Made by a program: the position numbers and the translations under genes. The notes under the pieces were generated by a model. It was given only the letters and a program-made list of their open reading frames with translations. It did not search any database and was not told the origin of the DNA. A stretch of DNA of 64,000 bases from Candidatus Dojkabacteria bacterium (GTDB lineage Bacteria; Patescibacteriota; Dojkabacteria; JAOAGR01): positions 5 to 64,004 of the forward strand of contig JAOAGR010000002.1 of NCBI GenBank assembly GCA_026415655.1. Direction: 5' to 3'. Every line of letters begins with the position of its first letter. The first letter of the stretch is position 1. Of this stretch, positions 38,492-47,933 are shown one piece after another.

Positions 38492-40024
38492 GTGTATAGT
38501 AAAGTATATAGTGCTATTGCTTATGGTTTGTCTGCTCAGCTTGTTAGTATAGAAGTTGATATAATTTCTTCACAGCTGCCGGGTTTTTCTATTGTAGGTT
38601 TACCAGATAAATCTGTGCAAGAATCAAAAGACAGAGTTATATCTGCAATAAAGAATTCTGGATTTGATTTTCCAAGAAAGAAAATCGTTATAAATTTGGC
38701 TCCTGCTGATAAGCTAAAAGTTGGTGCCTTTTATGATTTGCCGATAGCGATTTCTATATTGAAAGCAACAAATCAAATAGATACATTGATTGATCTTGAT
38801 AAACTAATATTTTTGGGTGAACTTTCTTTGGATGGTACTTTACGTGCAACGGATGGGGTATTACCAATAAGTCTTCACTTAAGAGAATTAGGTGATTTTG
38901 ATGGTATAGTCTTGCCATATGATTCTGCGAACGAAGCAGCGATTGTTAAGACACATAATGTATATGGTTTTAAACATATAAAAGATCTGATAGAAGCAAT
39001 AAATAGTAACGAATTAAACAATTATAAGCATATATACAGAGAAGATGAGGAAGAACAGAATTACCAATATCTTTTTGAACATATTGTAGGACAAGAAGAA
39101 ATGAAGAGAGCTTGCCTTATAGGAGTTGCGGGAAATCATAATATGTTATTTGTTGGTAGTCCAGGAGCGGGTAAAACAATGGTTGCTAAGTGCATACCTT
39201 CGATCTTACCCGAGATGAGTGAAGATGAAATGATTGAAGTAACTAAAATTTATTCTTCTGCTGGACTTTTGGAAAATAAATCTTTGATTAAGAAAAGACC
39301 TTTTCGATCACCTCATCACACTTCTTCTGTTGTTTCTATTATTGGTGGTGGACGTATACCAAGGCCTGGTGAGTTGACACTTGCACACCGTGGTGTTTTG
39401 TTTTTTGACGAACTTACTGAGTTTCCTGTCTCAGCTATAGAAGCTTTACGACAACCATTAGAAGATAGATGTGTGACAATTTCTCGAGTTAATGCTACGT
39501 TTAAGTTTCCTGCTAACTTTATTTTTGTTGGAGCGATGAATCCTTGTAAATGCGGATGGTATGGGGATGCCGAAAGACAATGTACATGTTCGTCAGTTGA
39601 GATAGAAAGGCATAGAAAAAAAATATCCGGACCTATTATGGATAGAATTGACCTGCAGGTATGGGTACGTAGAGTACCCACACAGACTATAGCTTCATCC
39701 CAAAATAATATAAATACTAAATACACCTCTGCAAATATGCTTGATACTGTACGACGTGTTAGAAAAATGCAATTGGAAAGATATAATAAAGAAAACTTCA
39801 CAACAAATTCAGAGATACCAAGTAGTAAAGTAGACAAATACTGTAAAATGAATGATGATGCTAAAAGTATTTTGTTAAACTTTATGAATAAAAATAATTT
39901 GTCTATGCGTTCATATTTCAAAATTTTGAAAGTTGCTTTGACTATAAATATGATAGAAAATAGAGGAGAGGTTATAAATAAAGAATCTGTCCTAGAAGCT
40001 ATAAAATATAGAATAACTATATGA
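38492..40024 (+). CDS. comM: YifB/ComM Mg-chelatase-like AAA+ ATPase
   Basis: IVGLPD..V.ES.DRV, INLAPAD, GELSLDG, GSPGAGKT, RPFRSPHH, LAHRGVLFFDE, AMNPC.CG. Confidence 0.93.
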   Translation: MYSKVYSAIAYGLSAQLVSIEVDIISSQLPGFSIVGLPDKSVQESKDRVISAIKNSGFDFPRKKIVINLAPADKLKVGAFYDLPIAISILKATNQIDTLIDLDKLIFLGELSLDGTLRATDGVLPISLHLRELGDFDGIVLPYDSANEAAIVKTHNVYGFKHIKDLIEAINSNELNNYKHIYREDEEEQNYQYLFEHIVGQEEMKRACLIGVAGNHNMLFVGSPGAGKTMVAKCIPSILPEMSEDEMIEVTKIYSSAGLLENKSLIKKRPFRSPHHTSSVVSIIGGGRIPRPGELTLAHRGVLFFDELTEFPVSAIEALRQPLEDRCVTISRVNATFKFPANFIFVGAMNPCKCGWYGDAERQCTCSSVEIERHRKKISGPIMDRIDLQVWVRRVPTQTIASSQNNINTKYTSANMLDTVRRVRKMQLERYNKENFTTNSEIPSSKVDKYCKMNDDAKSILLNFMNKNNLSMRSYFKILKVALTINMIENRGEVINKESVLEAIKYRITI

Positions 40025-42915
40025 AGCTTAAAAATAGAAAAACAAAACAGGATCATAATTTGATATCTAAATGGCTAGATTTAGTTTCCAAAAGAAATAA
40101 AGTTTTGAATAGAAATATTGGAAGAATAAGACTATCGAATACTAAAGATGCCAATAGAAAGATATTAAAAAGAAAAATATTAAATATATTGGGTAAATTT
40201 ATGATTTTTTTCACGGTATTTCTTCTATTAGGTTTACTTTTTGTTGTATTGGGTGTTTTGACTATAATCAGCGCATATTCTAGGGACTTGCCAGATGTTG
40301 ATCAGTATCTGGCTAATATAAATAAAACCCTAGGTAAAGAAACTATTATTGTTGATCGTAATGGTACAGAGGTTTATCGACTAAGAGGTGATATTGTTTC
40401 AGAAAGGTTTACTTTAGATGAAGCGCCACCGCTTTTACAGTGGGCTTTTAAAGCTGCCGAGGATAAATATTTTGATGATCATAATGGATTAGATGTTTTT
40501 GGATTATCCCGAGCTTTGCTGTGTATAGGAGAGAATTATTTAAATGGAAAAAGAAGTTATGACGGATGCCCTGGCGGTAGTACGATCACACAACAGTTAA
40601 TTAAAAATGTTACAGGTAACAATGCGACAACTGTTCAGCGCAAGGTGCAGGAAGCGGTACTTGCCATGAATCTAGAGAACGAATTCGGATCTGAAGGAAA
40701 AGATAAGATTTTAGAATACTATATGAATATTGTTTCTATGGGTGGTGTCTATACTGGTGCTAAAGTTGGTGCTAAAAATTTATTTGGCAAAGAGATGAAA
40801 GATTTAACTCTAGCGGAGATGTGTTTTATAGCAGGTATTCCTCAAAGGCCTAATGTTTTATCGCCGCGTGGTAGTGGATATAACATAGATGCATCAAAGA
40901 GTAGAGCAAAGTACGTTCTAAATAATTTATATGAAATTCGAGATAAAGTAAAAAAATATACAGGAGTGGAACTGACAGATGATTTATATAACCTGACATT
41001 GCAAGAGATAGAAAATATTCAGTTTCAACCGGATAAAAAAATTGACATCAAGGCACCTCACTATGTAAACACCGCTCTTGAAGATATAGAAGAGAAAAAG
41101 ATATTTGCTGATAGGTCTCCTAATGGTTCAAGTATCAATTTTTTGAAGAGTGCAGGTTATAAAATCGTTTTAGCCTTGGATTTACCCACACAAGATTTAT
41201 TGCAAAAATACATATATGAGGGAGTTTCAAATAAAGAATTCCAGGATGCAACATATGCCCAAAATGCAGCAGGTGTGATAATGGATCCAAATACTGGTGA
41301 GGTTTTAGCAATGGTTGGGTCCAAAGATTTTTTCGCTAAGAGTGATGACAAAAGATTTGCGCCCGAATTTAATGCAGCAACTGCTTATAGACAACCAGGA
41401 TCATCATTGAAGCCAATTTTATATGGAGCTATGTTTACAAAAGGATTTAATCCTAGTTCTGTATTGCCTGATATACCAATGAATCTCTCAGGAAATAGAA
41501 ATGCTTCAGGCATTTGGCCATACAACTATAATCGTAGATTCGGTTCATACACTGATACTGTAAATACTGGTAAGGCGGATTTTATTAGTGTCAGACATGC
41601 TCTCAAATTTTCTTTGAACATGCCTGCTGCCGCTGCTTATCATATTGCTGGTAGCGATACAATGGTCGATTTGTATACTAAACTTTCAGGAAACCCAGTT
41701 GCGGGAGCAAACTTTGGTAATCCTTCCTCGGTTATTGGCGCTGCCTCTGTACGTGTAATTGATCAGGCACAAGCGTATTCCACAATTGCTGCAGGTGGCA
41801 TTTATAGAGAGAAGAAATATATTTTAGAAATATATGATGATAAAGGTAATCTAGTTTATGATAATAAGGAAGTTGTTGATAAAAGAGTATTGGATGAAAG
41901 ATACGCGTTCTTAATCAATGATATATCAAAAGAGCCCATACATCTTTCAAGACCATTTTATGTACAGCTAAGAAATGAAGGTATAGACTTCAGATCTAAA
42001 ACTGGTACATCTGATGGAGAAAAAGGACCTCCAGATATTTATATTTATGGTTATACACCGGATCGCACTATCGTTTTGTGGGGTGGAAATAGTTGTTCTG
42101 GCTATGAATGTCCACTAAAGCCAACAGCTCTTTCTGATCATTTAAATAGATATATCCTTGAACCCTTTTTAGCTGCTTATAAGGATAAGCTTGGAAAAAG
42201 AAAATTTACACCACCAAGTGGAGTTACAAAAGTATCGTTATGTTCTTTGACCGGTAATAGTATGAGTGATGATTGTCTATTAGCCGGAGGAAAAGAGGTA
42301 CAAGATTTTGTTGTCGGTAAGGCACGGGATGAATATATGATAGATGTTGCTATGGTAGTGCCATGTCCTGTCGATTATAAATTAGCTCGTGAAGTGGATA
42401 TGAATCTAGGAATCGCAGAAAAGAAAGGTTATGTTAATTTCCATAAAATGTTTCCACAAAAATTCATTTCGGATCAAATTTTATCCTACTTACAATCTAA
42501 GGGTATGGTCAAACCAGATCAAGAATGTGATATAGAACGAACTATTAATCCAACACAGATAAATATTATCAGCCCGACTGCAAATTCTACATTTACAAAG
42601 GGAACTAGTATTAATGTGAATTACACTATTACTTCCGATATACCTCTGCAAAAAAAAGAATTATTTATAAATTCTGTTCTTTATCAGAATCTTGATAATC
42701 TTTCTGGAACTGTAGAAATATCTACAGCTGATTTGCCCCTTGGTAGTAATACGATCACTATTGTTGTTACCGAGAAGGATGGCAAGGAGGTGGAAAAATC
42801 AGTTAATATAGTCATACAATCTATGAGTACGCCAACACCTAGTCGCACACCTACTGCCGCTGCCATATATCAGTCTTCTCATACTTATTGGATATCTGGT
42901 ACTGTATTAGTATGA
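40021..42915 (+). CDS. Class A penicillin-binding protein with C-terminal Cys-rich and Ig-like extension
   Basis: TG motifs AED..F..H.G, GGSTITQQL, RK.QE; TP motifs SSLK, SLN, KTG. Confidence 0.93.
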   Translation: MKLKNRKTKQDHNLISKWLDLVSKRNKVLNRNIGRIRLSNTKDANRKILKRKILNILGKFMIFFTVFLLLGLLFVVLGVLTIISAYSRDLPDVDQYLANINKTLGKETIIVDRNGTEVYRLRGDIVSERFTLDEAPPLLQWAFKAAEDKYFDDHNGLDVFGLSRALLCIGENYLNGKRSYDGCPGGSTITQQLIKNVTGNNATTVQRKVQEAVLAMNLENEFGSEGKDKILEYYMNIVSMGGVYTGAKVGAKNLFGKEMKDLTLAEMCFIAGIPQRPNVLSPRGSGYNIDASKSRAKYVLNNLYEIRDKVKKYTGVELTDDLYNLTLQEIENIQFQPDKKIDIKAPHYVNTALEDIEEKKIFADRSPNGSSINFLKSAGYKIVLALDLPTQDLLQKYIYEGVSNKEFQDATYAQNAAGVIMDPNTGEVLAMVGSKDFFAKSDDKRFAPEFNAATAYRQPGSSLKPILYGAMFTKGFNPSSVLPDIPMNLSGNRNASGIWPYNYNRRFGSYTDTVNTGKADFISVRHALKFSLNMPAAAAYHIAGSDTMVDLYTKLSGNPVAGANFGNPSSVIGAASVRVIDQAQAYSTIAAGGIYREKKYILEIYDDKGNLVYDNKEVVDKRVLDERYAFLINDISKEPIHLSRPFYVQLRNEGIDFRSKTGTSDGEKGPPDIYIYGYTPDRTIVLWGGNSCSGYECPLKPTALSDHLNRYILEPFLAAYKDKLGKRKFTPPSGVTKVSLCSLTGNSMSDDCLLAGGKEVQDFVVGKARDEYMIDVAMVVPCPVDYKLAREVDMNLGIAEKKGYVNFHKMFPQKFISDQILSYLQSKGMVKPDQECDIERTINPTQINIISPTANSTFTKGTSINVNYTITSDIPLQKKELFINSVLYQNLDNLSGTVEISTADLPLGSNTITIVVTEKDGKEVEKSVNIVIQSMSTPTPSRTPTAAAIYQSSHTYWISGTVLV

Positions 42916-42936
42916 GTTTTTTAAATTACTTTTCAT

Positions 42937-43887
42937 ATGCTAAAAGAGATAGACATCGAAGAATATAAAAAAAAATCAAGTCCTAAAACCTTTTTGCAAG
43001 AATATTATTGGGCTCAATTAAAATCATTGTATGGTTATCAAGTTAGATTTTTTGAGTATATACCTGGTGATAAATATCAAAGTAATTTTTATTTTTTCTG
43101 TCTAATAAAATATAAATTTGGATTTAGTGTAGCTTATGTACCAAGAGTTGCTAATATATTTACAAATAAGGATCAAATTCAAAGATTTATAGATTGTATA
43201 AAGAATAAGTTTTTTGTTACACTAATAGAATTTGATAACTTGCCAGATGCTTGTATGAAATATCTTGATTTTTCTAAAAAAGATATACAGCCGTCAACAA
43301 CCTTTATTACTCCGATTGACAAAGACTTTGACATAAGTTCAATAAAAAACAAAGTCGCACGAAAAAATATTAGAAAATCAACTGAAAATGCGGAAAAGTT
43401 TGGATGGAGATTTGAAGTAAACAAAAAACTTAACGACAAAGATCTTAATATGTTTTATAAGCATTATCTTAATATGACAACTTTAAAAGGTTACAATAAG
43501 AGAGAAATAGAATATTTTCAAAGACTGCAGGAGATTATAGATGAGAGTATTTGGTATGTTTTATATGATCATGAAAATAAACTGATTATGGCAAATTATG
43601 CAATTCTTCATGAAAAAACAAAAACAAATTACTTGTTATACGTGGCAAGAGATATGAATCTTGATAAGTATGAAATATCCTATTTTCTTATGTATCAAAT
43701 TTTTTTATATCTAAGAGATATTGGTTATCAATATTGTGACCACTGGGGATATGATCTGAAAGATCCTCGAAAATATGGTTATAGCAAATTTAAGGAACAG
43801 TTTGGTGGAATAGTAAAAAACTATCCCAAACCAATAGTTGTTGGTAAAGTTGATATATTAAGTAAATTCTTATCTATCCTAACGTGA
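42937..43887 (+). CDS. FemABX-family lipid II aminoacyl transferase
   Basis: FLQ...W...K, R.NIRKS, D.WG, G...FK..FGG. Confidence 0.8.
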   Translation: MLKEIDIEEYKKKSSPKTFLQEYYWAQLKSLYGYQVRFFEYIPGDKYQSNFYFFCLIKYKFGFSVAYVPRVANIFTNKDQIQRFIDCIKNKFFVTLIEFDNLPDACMKYLDFSKKDIQPSTTFITPIDKDFDISSIKNKVARKNIRKSTENAEKFGWRFEVNKKLNDKDLNMFYKHYLNMTTLKGYNKREIEYFQRLQEIIDESIWYVLYDHENKLIMANYAILHEKTKTNYLLYVARDMNLDKYEISYFLMYQIFLYLRDIGYQYCDHWGYDLKDPRKYGYSKFKEQFGGIVKNYPKPIVVGKVDILSKFLSILT

Positions 43888-43908
43888 ATATGATAAAATA
43901 TTTTAGTT

Positions 43909-44508
43909 GTGAAAAAATATAAAGATTACAAAGACGATTTAGATAAAAAATTTAGAAAAAATAGAGAAATTAAAGCTAATTATGTAAGATTAGTAGATGA
44001 ACAAGGTAATTTTGTTGGAGAGTTATCTATAAGTGAAGCCTTGAATAAGGCAGAGGAACTAGATCTGGACTTGGTAGAGGTTGCGCCAAACGCAAATCCA
44101 CCAGTTTGTAAAATTATTGATTGGAATAAGTTTAAATACGAATATAGCAAAAAACAGAAAAATATTCAGAAATCAGCCGGTGCAAAAGTGAAAGAGGTGA
44201 GATTTAAGTTGGGTACGGGTAAGGCCGAAATTGATATGAAAATTAAAAATATTAATAAATTTTTGCAAGAAAAAAATAGAGTAAAAATAGTTTTACAGTT
44301 ACGAGGAAAGCAACAGTATTTCCCGAGTAATATTGAAATTGCAAAGCAGAAAGTAAATGATATAATAAATCAGATTACAGTTAATCACCAATTAGAAAAT
44401 GAGATAAAAGTGGAAGGTAAAAATATTTGTGCTATAATAAGGCCATTACTAAAAAAAATAATTTATGGGAAAAATAAGAGTACACAAAGCAAGTGCGAAG
44501 CGTTTTAA
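43909..44508 (+). CDS. infC: Translation initiation factor IF-3 (GTG start)
   Basis: N.EI....VRLV, LDLVEVAPNANPPVCKI.DW.KFKY, KEVRF. Confidence 0.96.
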   Translation: MKKYKDYKDDLDKKFRKNREIKANYVRLVDEQGNFVGELSISEALNKAEELDLDLVEVAPNANPPVCKIIDWNKFKYEYSKKQKNIQKSAGAKVKEVRFKLGTGKAEIDMKIKNINKFLQEKNRVKIVLQLRGKQQYFPSNIEIAKQKVNDIINQITVNHQLENEIKVEGKNICAIIRPLLKKIIYGKNKSTQSKCEAF

Positions 44509-44668
44509 GATCACTTCTAGTGGTAATTTAAAATACAAACCGTCCGGATGGGGACATTTGAAGGCTAAGAAAGATGCAAGGATAAAATATAGAAAAACTA
44601 AGCAAAGAATATTATCTAATGACTCAGAAAAAAGATTAAAAGAATTAATGCAAATTTCAACTAAATAA
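44465..44668 (+). CDS. rpmI: 50S ribosomal protein L35
   Basis: K...HKA.AKRFKIT.SG; lies between infC and rplT. Confidence 0.93.
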   Translation: MGKIRVHKASAKRFKITSSGNLKYKPSGWGHLKAKKDARIKYRKTKQRILSNDSEKRLKELMQISTK

Positions 44669-44679
44669 AAAGACTTATT

Positions 44680-45027
44680 ATGAGAGTTAAAGCGGGCACA
44701 AATACACGAAGAAGACATAAAAAAATATTGAAATCTGTAAAAGGGTATGTACGCGCTAGATCAAAATTGTATAAAGTAGCGAAAGAGAGTTATCTTCATG
44801 CCGGTCAATATTCTTTTGCAGGAAGAAAAAAGAGAAAATCAGATTTGCGTAGTTTATGGATTATGCGCCTCAACGCTGCATTGAGAAATCATGGTGTTTC
44901 TTATTCATCTTTTATGAATTTGCTTAAGAAAAATAGCATTGTTCTTAATAGAAAAAGTCTTTCTGAACTAGCTATAAACGAGCCTAACATTTTTTCTCAA
45001 CTAGTTTCCCAAGTAATCACTAAATAA
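44680..45027 (+). CDS. rplT: 50S ribosomal protein L20
   Basis: MRVK, RRRHKKIL, R.LWI.RLNAA, LNRK.LSELA. Confidence 0.97.
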   Translation: MRVKAGTNTRRRHKKILKSVKGYVRARSKLYKVAKESYLHAGQYSFAGRKKRKSDLRSLWIMRLNAALRNHGVSYSSFMNLLKKNSIVLNRKSLSELAINEPNIFSQLVSQVITK

Positions 45028-45042
45028 TATAAATAAATATTT

Positions 45043-45531
45043 ATGGATAATGCTGTTAACAATAATAGATATACATTTACGCAAGAAGGCTACGATAAGT
45101 TAAAAGCGGAATTAGAGTATCTAAAAACTGTAGTACGAGAGGAGATTTCAAGAAAGCTTAATGAGGCAGTATCATACGGTGATCTTTCTGAAAATGCTGC
45201 TTATGCTGTTGCTGTAGAGGCTAGAGATGTAAATGAGACAAGAATTGCTGAATTAGAAGAGATACTTGCTAATGCTGTTATTGTTAATTCTCTTTCTAAC
45301 TCTAAAAATGATGTAGATATTGGTTCTGTGGTGACTTTAGAGGATTTATCTAACGGTGAAATAATACAATTTACAGTTGTTGGAACTGGTGAAACAGACT
45401 TTACACAAAAAAGGTTTGGGATAGATAGTCCTATGGTATCCCAAATAATAGGAAAAAAGAAAGGTGATGAAGTACAAGTTAATACTCCAGCTGGTGTGAA
45501 AAAATTCTTGATTAAAAATGTAGAAAATTAA
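45043..45531 (+). CDS. greA: Transcription elongation factor GreA
   Basis: T.EG..KL..EL, GDLSENAAY, RIAELE, SP....I.GK, P.G. Confidence 0.96.
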   Translation: MDNAVNNNRYTFTQEGYDKLKAELEYLKTVVREEISRKLNEAVSYGDLSENAAYAVAVEARDVNETRIAELEEILANAVIVNSLSNSKNDVDIGSVVTLEDLSNGEIIQFTVVGTGETDFTQKRFGIDSPMVSQIIGKKKGDEVQVNTPAGVKKFLIKNVEN

Positions 45532-45919
45532 TTCGCACTGTATTTGTTATTTAATTGGAATCATTCACCAAATTTGAATTCAAATTCTATATTTGTTTAG
45601 TCAATATTTTGTTAATAATGTAGATTTTTGTAAATTAGTTTTATTTTTTAAGTTTGGTAAGAGATTTATATACTATAAAAAATACATTTGTTTAGCTAAA
45701 TATAAAATTTTACTAAATCTTTAAAATTTATTTTTAGATTAGTTTTTTATAAGTCGTAGTCGTATTACAGATTATTTGTTTTATTTTGAAAAAATATGAT
45801 TAACTAGTCTATCTACTCGTATACTAAAAAAGCAACTAATATTGACTGTTTTGCTAATTTACGTGCATTTAATTATTGTTTAATAAGACATGTTGATAAG
45901 TGAGTAAAGAATAATCAAT

Positions 45920-47281
45920 TTATCTTTTTATAATATATTCTTTTCCCATGTATTTCACTAAAACCTTAGGTATTTTGATACTACCATCTTTTTGCTGATA
46001 ATTTTCTACAATAGCGATGATCATTCGACCAAATGCAATGCCTGTATCATTCGCAGTATAACAATATTCTTTTTCGCCATTAAGTTTTTTTCTATATTTT
46101 ATGTTTAATCTCCTTGCCTGATAGTCTGTAGTATTTGTATTTGTGCCTACCTCCATAAATGTTTGTTGACCTGGTAACCAAACTTCAACATCTGCTTGTT
46201 TTGCTGATGCATTATATCCCATGTCACCAGTACATTTTTCTATTATATGAAACGGCAGCTCCAAATGCTGTAATAACCATTTGTTAATCTCGAGTAACTC
46301 ATCATATATTTCTTCACTTTGTTCAGGTGTACATATAACATCCATTTCTAATTTATCAAATTGGTGCATTCTCTTTAGACCTCTTGTATCTCGTCCCCAA
46401 CTACCAACTTCGGTGCGAAAACAAGGTGTTGTAGCCACTAATTTTAAGGGTAGTTCATCTTCATCAAGTATTTTATCCATTGCATATGCAAAGTTTGGGG
46501 GTTCAGAGCTACCAACAAGAAATAATGATTCTTTTTCTTCTAAATAATCAGATTTAATTTCATAAGCTTGATCGCGTCCCTCGGGAAAGTGACTTGTACC
46601 AAAGAGTACGCGTTCTTTTACTAATAAAGGTGGATTAATTGGAGTAAATCCTCTTCTATACAACTCTTCAAGCATGAAGTTCTGTAATGCAAATTGAAGC
46701 TTTACTATATCACCTATAAGATAAGTAAATCTAGCACCAGATACTTTTGCTCCCTGTTTAAAGTCACATAATCTTAATTCTTCCAGAAGATCTAGATGAT
46801 GTTTTCCTTCAAACTCCGTTTCAGAGTGTGGTGGTGTTTTAGGCATGTATTTTGCCGAATCCATATAACCACCTATTTGATTTTTTTCCAATTCACCCAA
46901 ATTGGGAATCCAAGCATATATCTCTGTATTCTCACTATCATCTTTACCTATTTTTACCCCATCCAGTGGAATATTAGGAATCCATGAGAGTATTTCAAAC
47001 CATTCTTTTTCTATGCTTTCAAGAGCTTTCGAGAGTTCTTGTTCTCTCTTTTTTAGGATCTTTCCACGTTCTATGAGAGCTTCATCTTTTTTTGTGGATA
47101 ATATGTTTGCGATTTTATTTCTTTCTTGATTCACAGAGCTGATTTCTGATAATATCTCATTTCTTTGTTGATCTAATGATAATAAACGATCTACGTCTGC
47201 TTTTTGAGGATCTACTTTTCTTAATTTAATGACTTCTTTTACTTTTTGTGGATTATTTCGTATATAGTTTATATCTATCAT
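45920..47281 (-). CDS. serS: Seryl-tRNA synthetase
   Basis: MIDI..IR.N coiled coil, IPN.P, CFRTEVGS.GRDTRGL.RMHQFDK, TDYQARRLNI, ENYQQ.DG. Confidence 0.97.
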   Translation of the reverse strand: MIDINYIRNNPQKVKEVIKLRKVDPQKADVDRLLSLDQQRNEILSEISSVNQERNKIANILSTKKDEALIERGKILKKREQELSKALESIEKEWFEILSWIPNIPLDGVKIGKDDSENTEIYAWIPNLGELEKNQIGGYMDSAKYMPKTPPHSETEFEGKHHLDLLEELRLCDFKQGAKVSGARFTYLIGDIVKLQFALQNFMLEELYRRGFTPINPPLLVKERVLFGTSHFPEGRDQAYEIKSDYLEEKESLFLVGSSEPPNFAYAMDKILDEDELPLKLVATTPCFRTEVGSWGRDTRGLKRMHQFDKLEMDVICTPEQSEEIYDELLEINKWLLQHLELPFHIIEKCTGDMGYNASAKQADVEVWLPGQQTFMEVGTNTNTTDYQARRLNIKYRKKLNGEKEYCYTANDTGIAFGRMIIAIVENYQQKDGSIKIPKVLVKYMGKEYIIKR

Positions 47282-47290
47282 AATTTTTTT

Positions 47291-47866
47291 TTATTCTGAA
47301 GAATTTAATTCTTCGAGATATTTTTGATATTCTATATCTTTTGACATTATTGTTTCAAGTGCTTGTCGGGTTACATCAGCCTTACTTAAACCGTTTCTTT
47401 TAACGTTCCATTCTAGATATTGATCTATATGTGGGGGTAGGATTAACAAAAACTTTGTTTGCATGAGATTCCTAGCTTCTTCTAAAGCCTCTGATAATCT
47501 CATTTCCAGCGTGCTTGTTGTATATTTTTTTACCAAAAGATATCTTGATGGATTATTTTGTAATGTTTTAATCTGAGCATGAGGTTTAGAAATAGTGTCT
47601 GAATTGTATATGATGATAACTGGCTTTTTATTAGCTATGGAAATCGATGCTTCATACAAGATGTATGTGCTTTTATAAGTATATTCAATAATAACTAAAT
47701 CTGATTTTAATAGGTTTGATTCATTAGATTGAATAATTTTTTTGATTTCAAGTTTATTTATAGGTATTCTTTCTACGATACCAAAACGACGTATTTTTAA
47801 TATATCTCTAATTCTGACTATAGTATCTGATTTGAACTTATAGTTATAAGATAAATATACTTTCAT
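47291..47866 (-). CDS. Nucleoside-deoxyribosyltransferase-like domain fused to a ribbon-helix-helix (ATG 47866 preferred)
   Basis: KVYLS..., SDLVIIEYTYKST...YEASISIANKKPVIIIY flavodoxin-like pattern; C-terminal KFLLILPPHIDQYL...LSKADVTRQAL RHH. Confidence 0.6.
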   Translation of the reverse strand: MKVYLSYNYKFKSDTIVRIRDILKIRRFGIVERIPINKLEIKKIIQSNESNLLKSDLVIIEYTYKSTYILYEASISIANKKPVIIIYNSDTISKPHAQIKTLQNNPSRYLLVKKYTTSTLEMRLSEALEEARNLMQTKFLLILPPHIDQYLEWNVKRNGLSKADVTRQALETIMSKDIEYQKYLEELNSSE

Positions 47867-47933
47867 TAGCAGAGTATATAATATAAAATCCAAAAAATCC
47901 TCAAATTAGATTATATAGACGCTGATAAAAAAT

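Noticed and set aside
39316-40056. 246-aa minus-strand ORF
   Set aside because: Antisense to the conserved comM ATPase; no independent motifs.
45532-45919. Convergent greA/serS gap as an ncRNA or CRISPR array
   Set aside because: Only one AT-rich palindrome; no repeats or recognisable RNA family.
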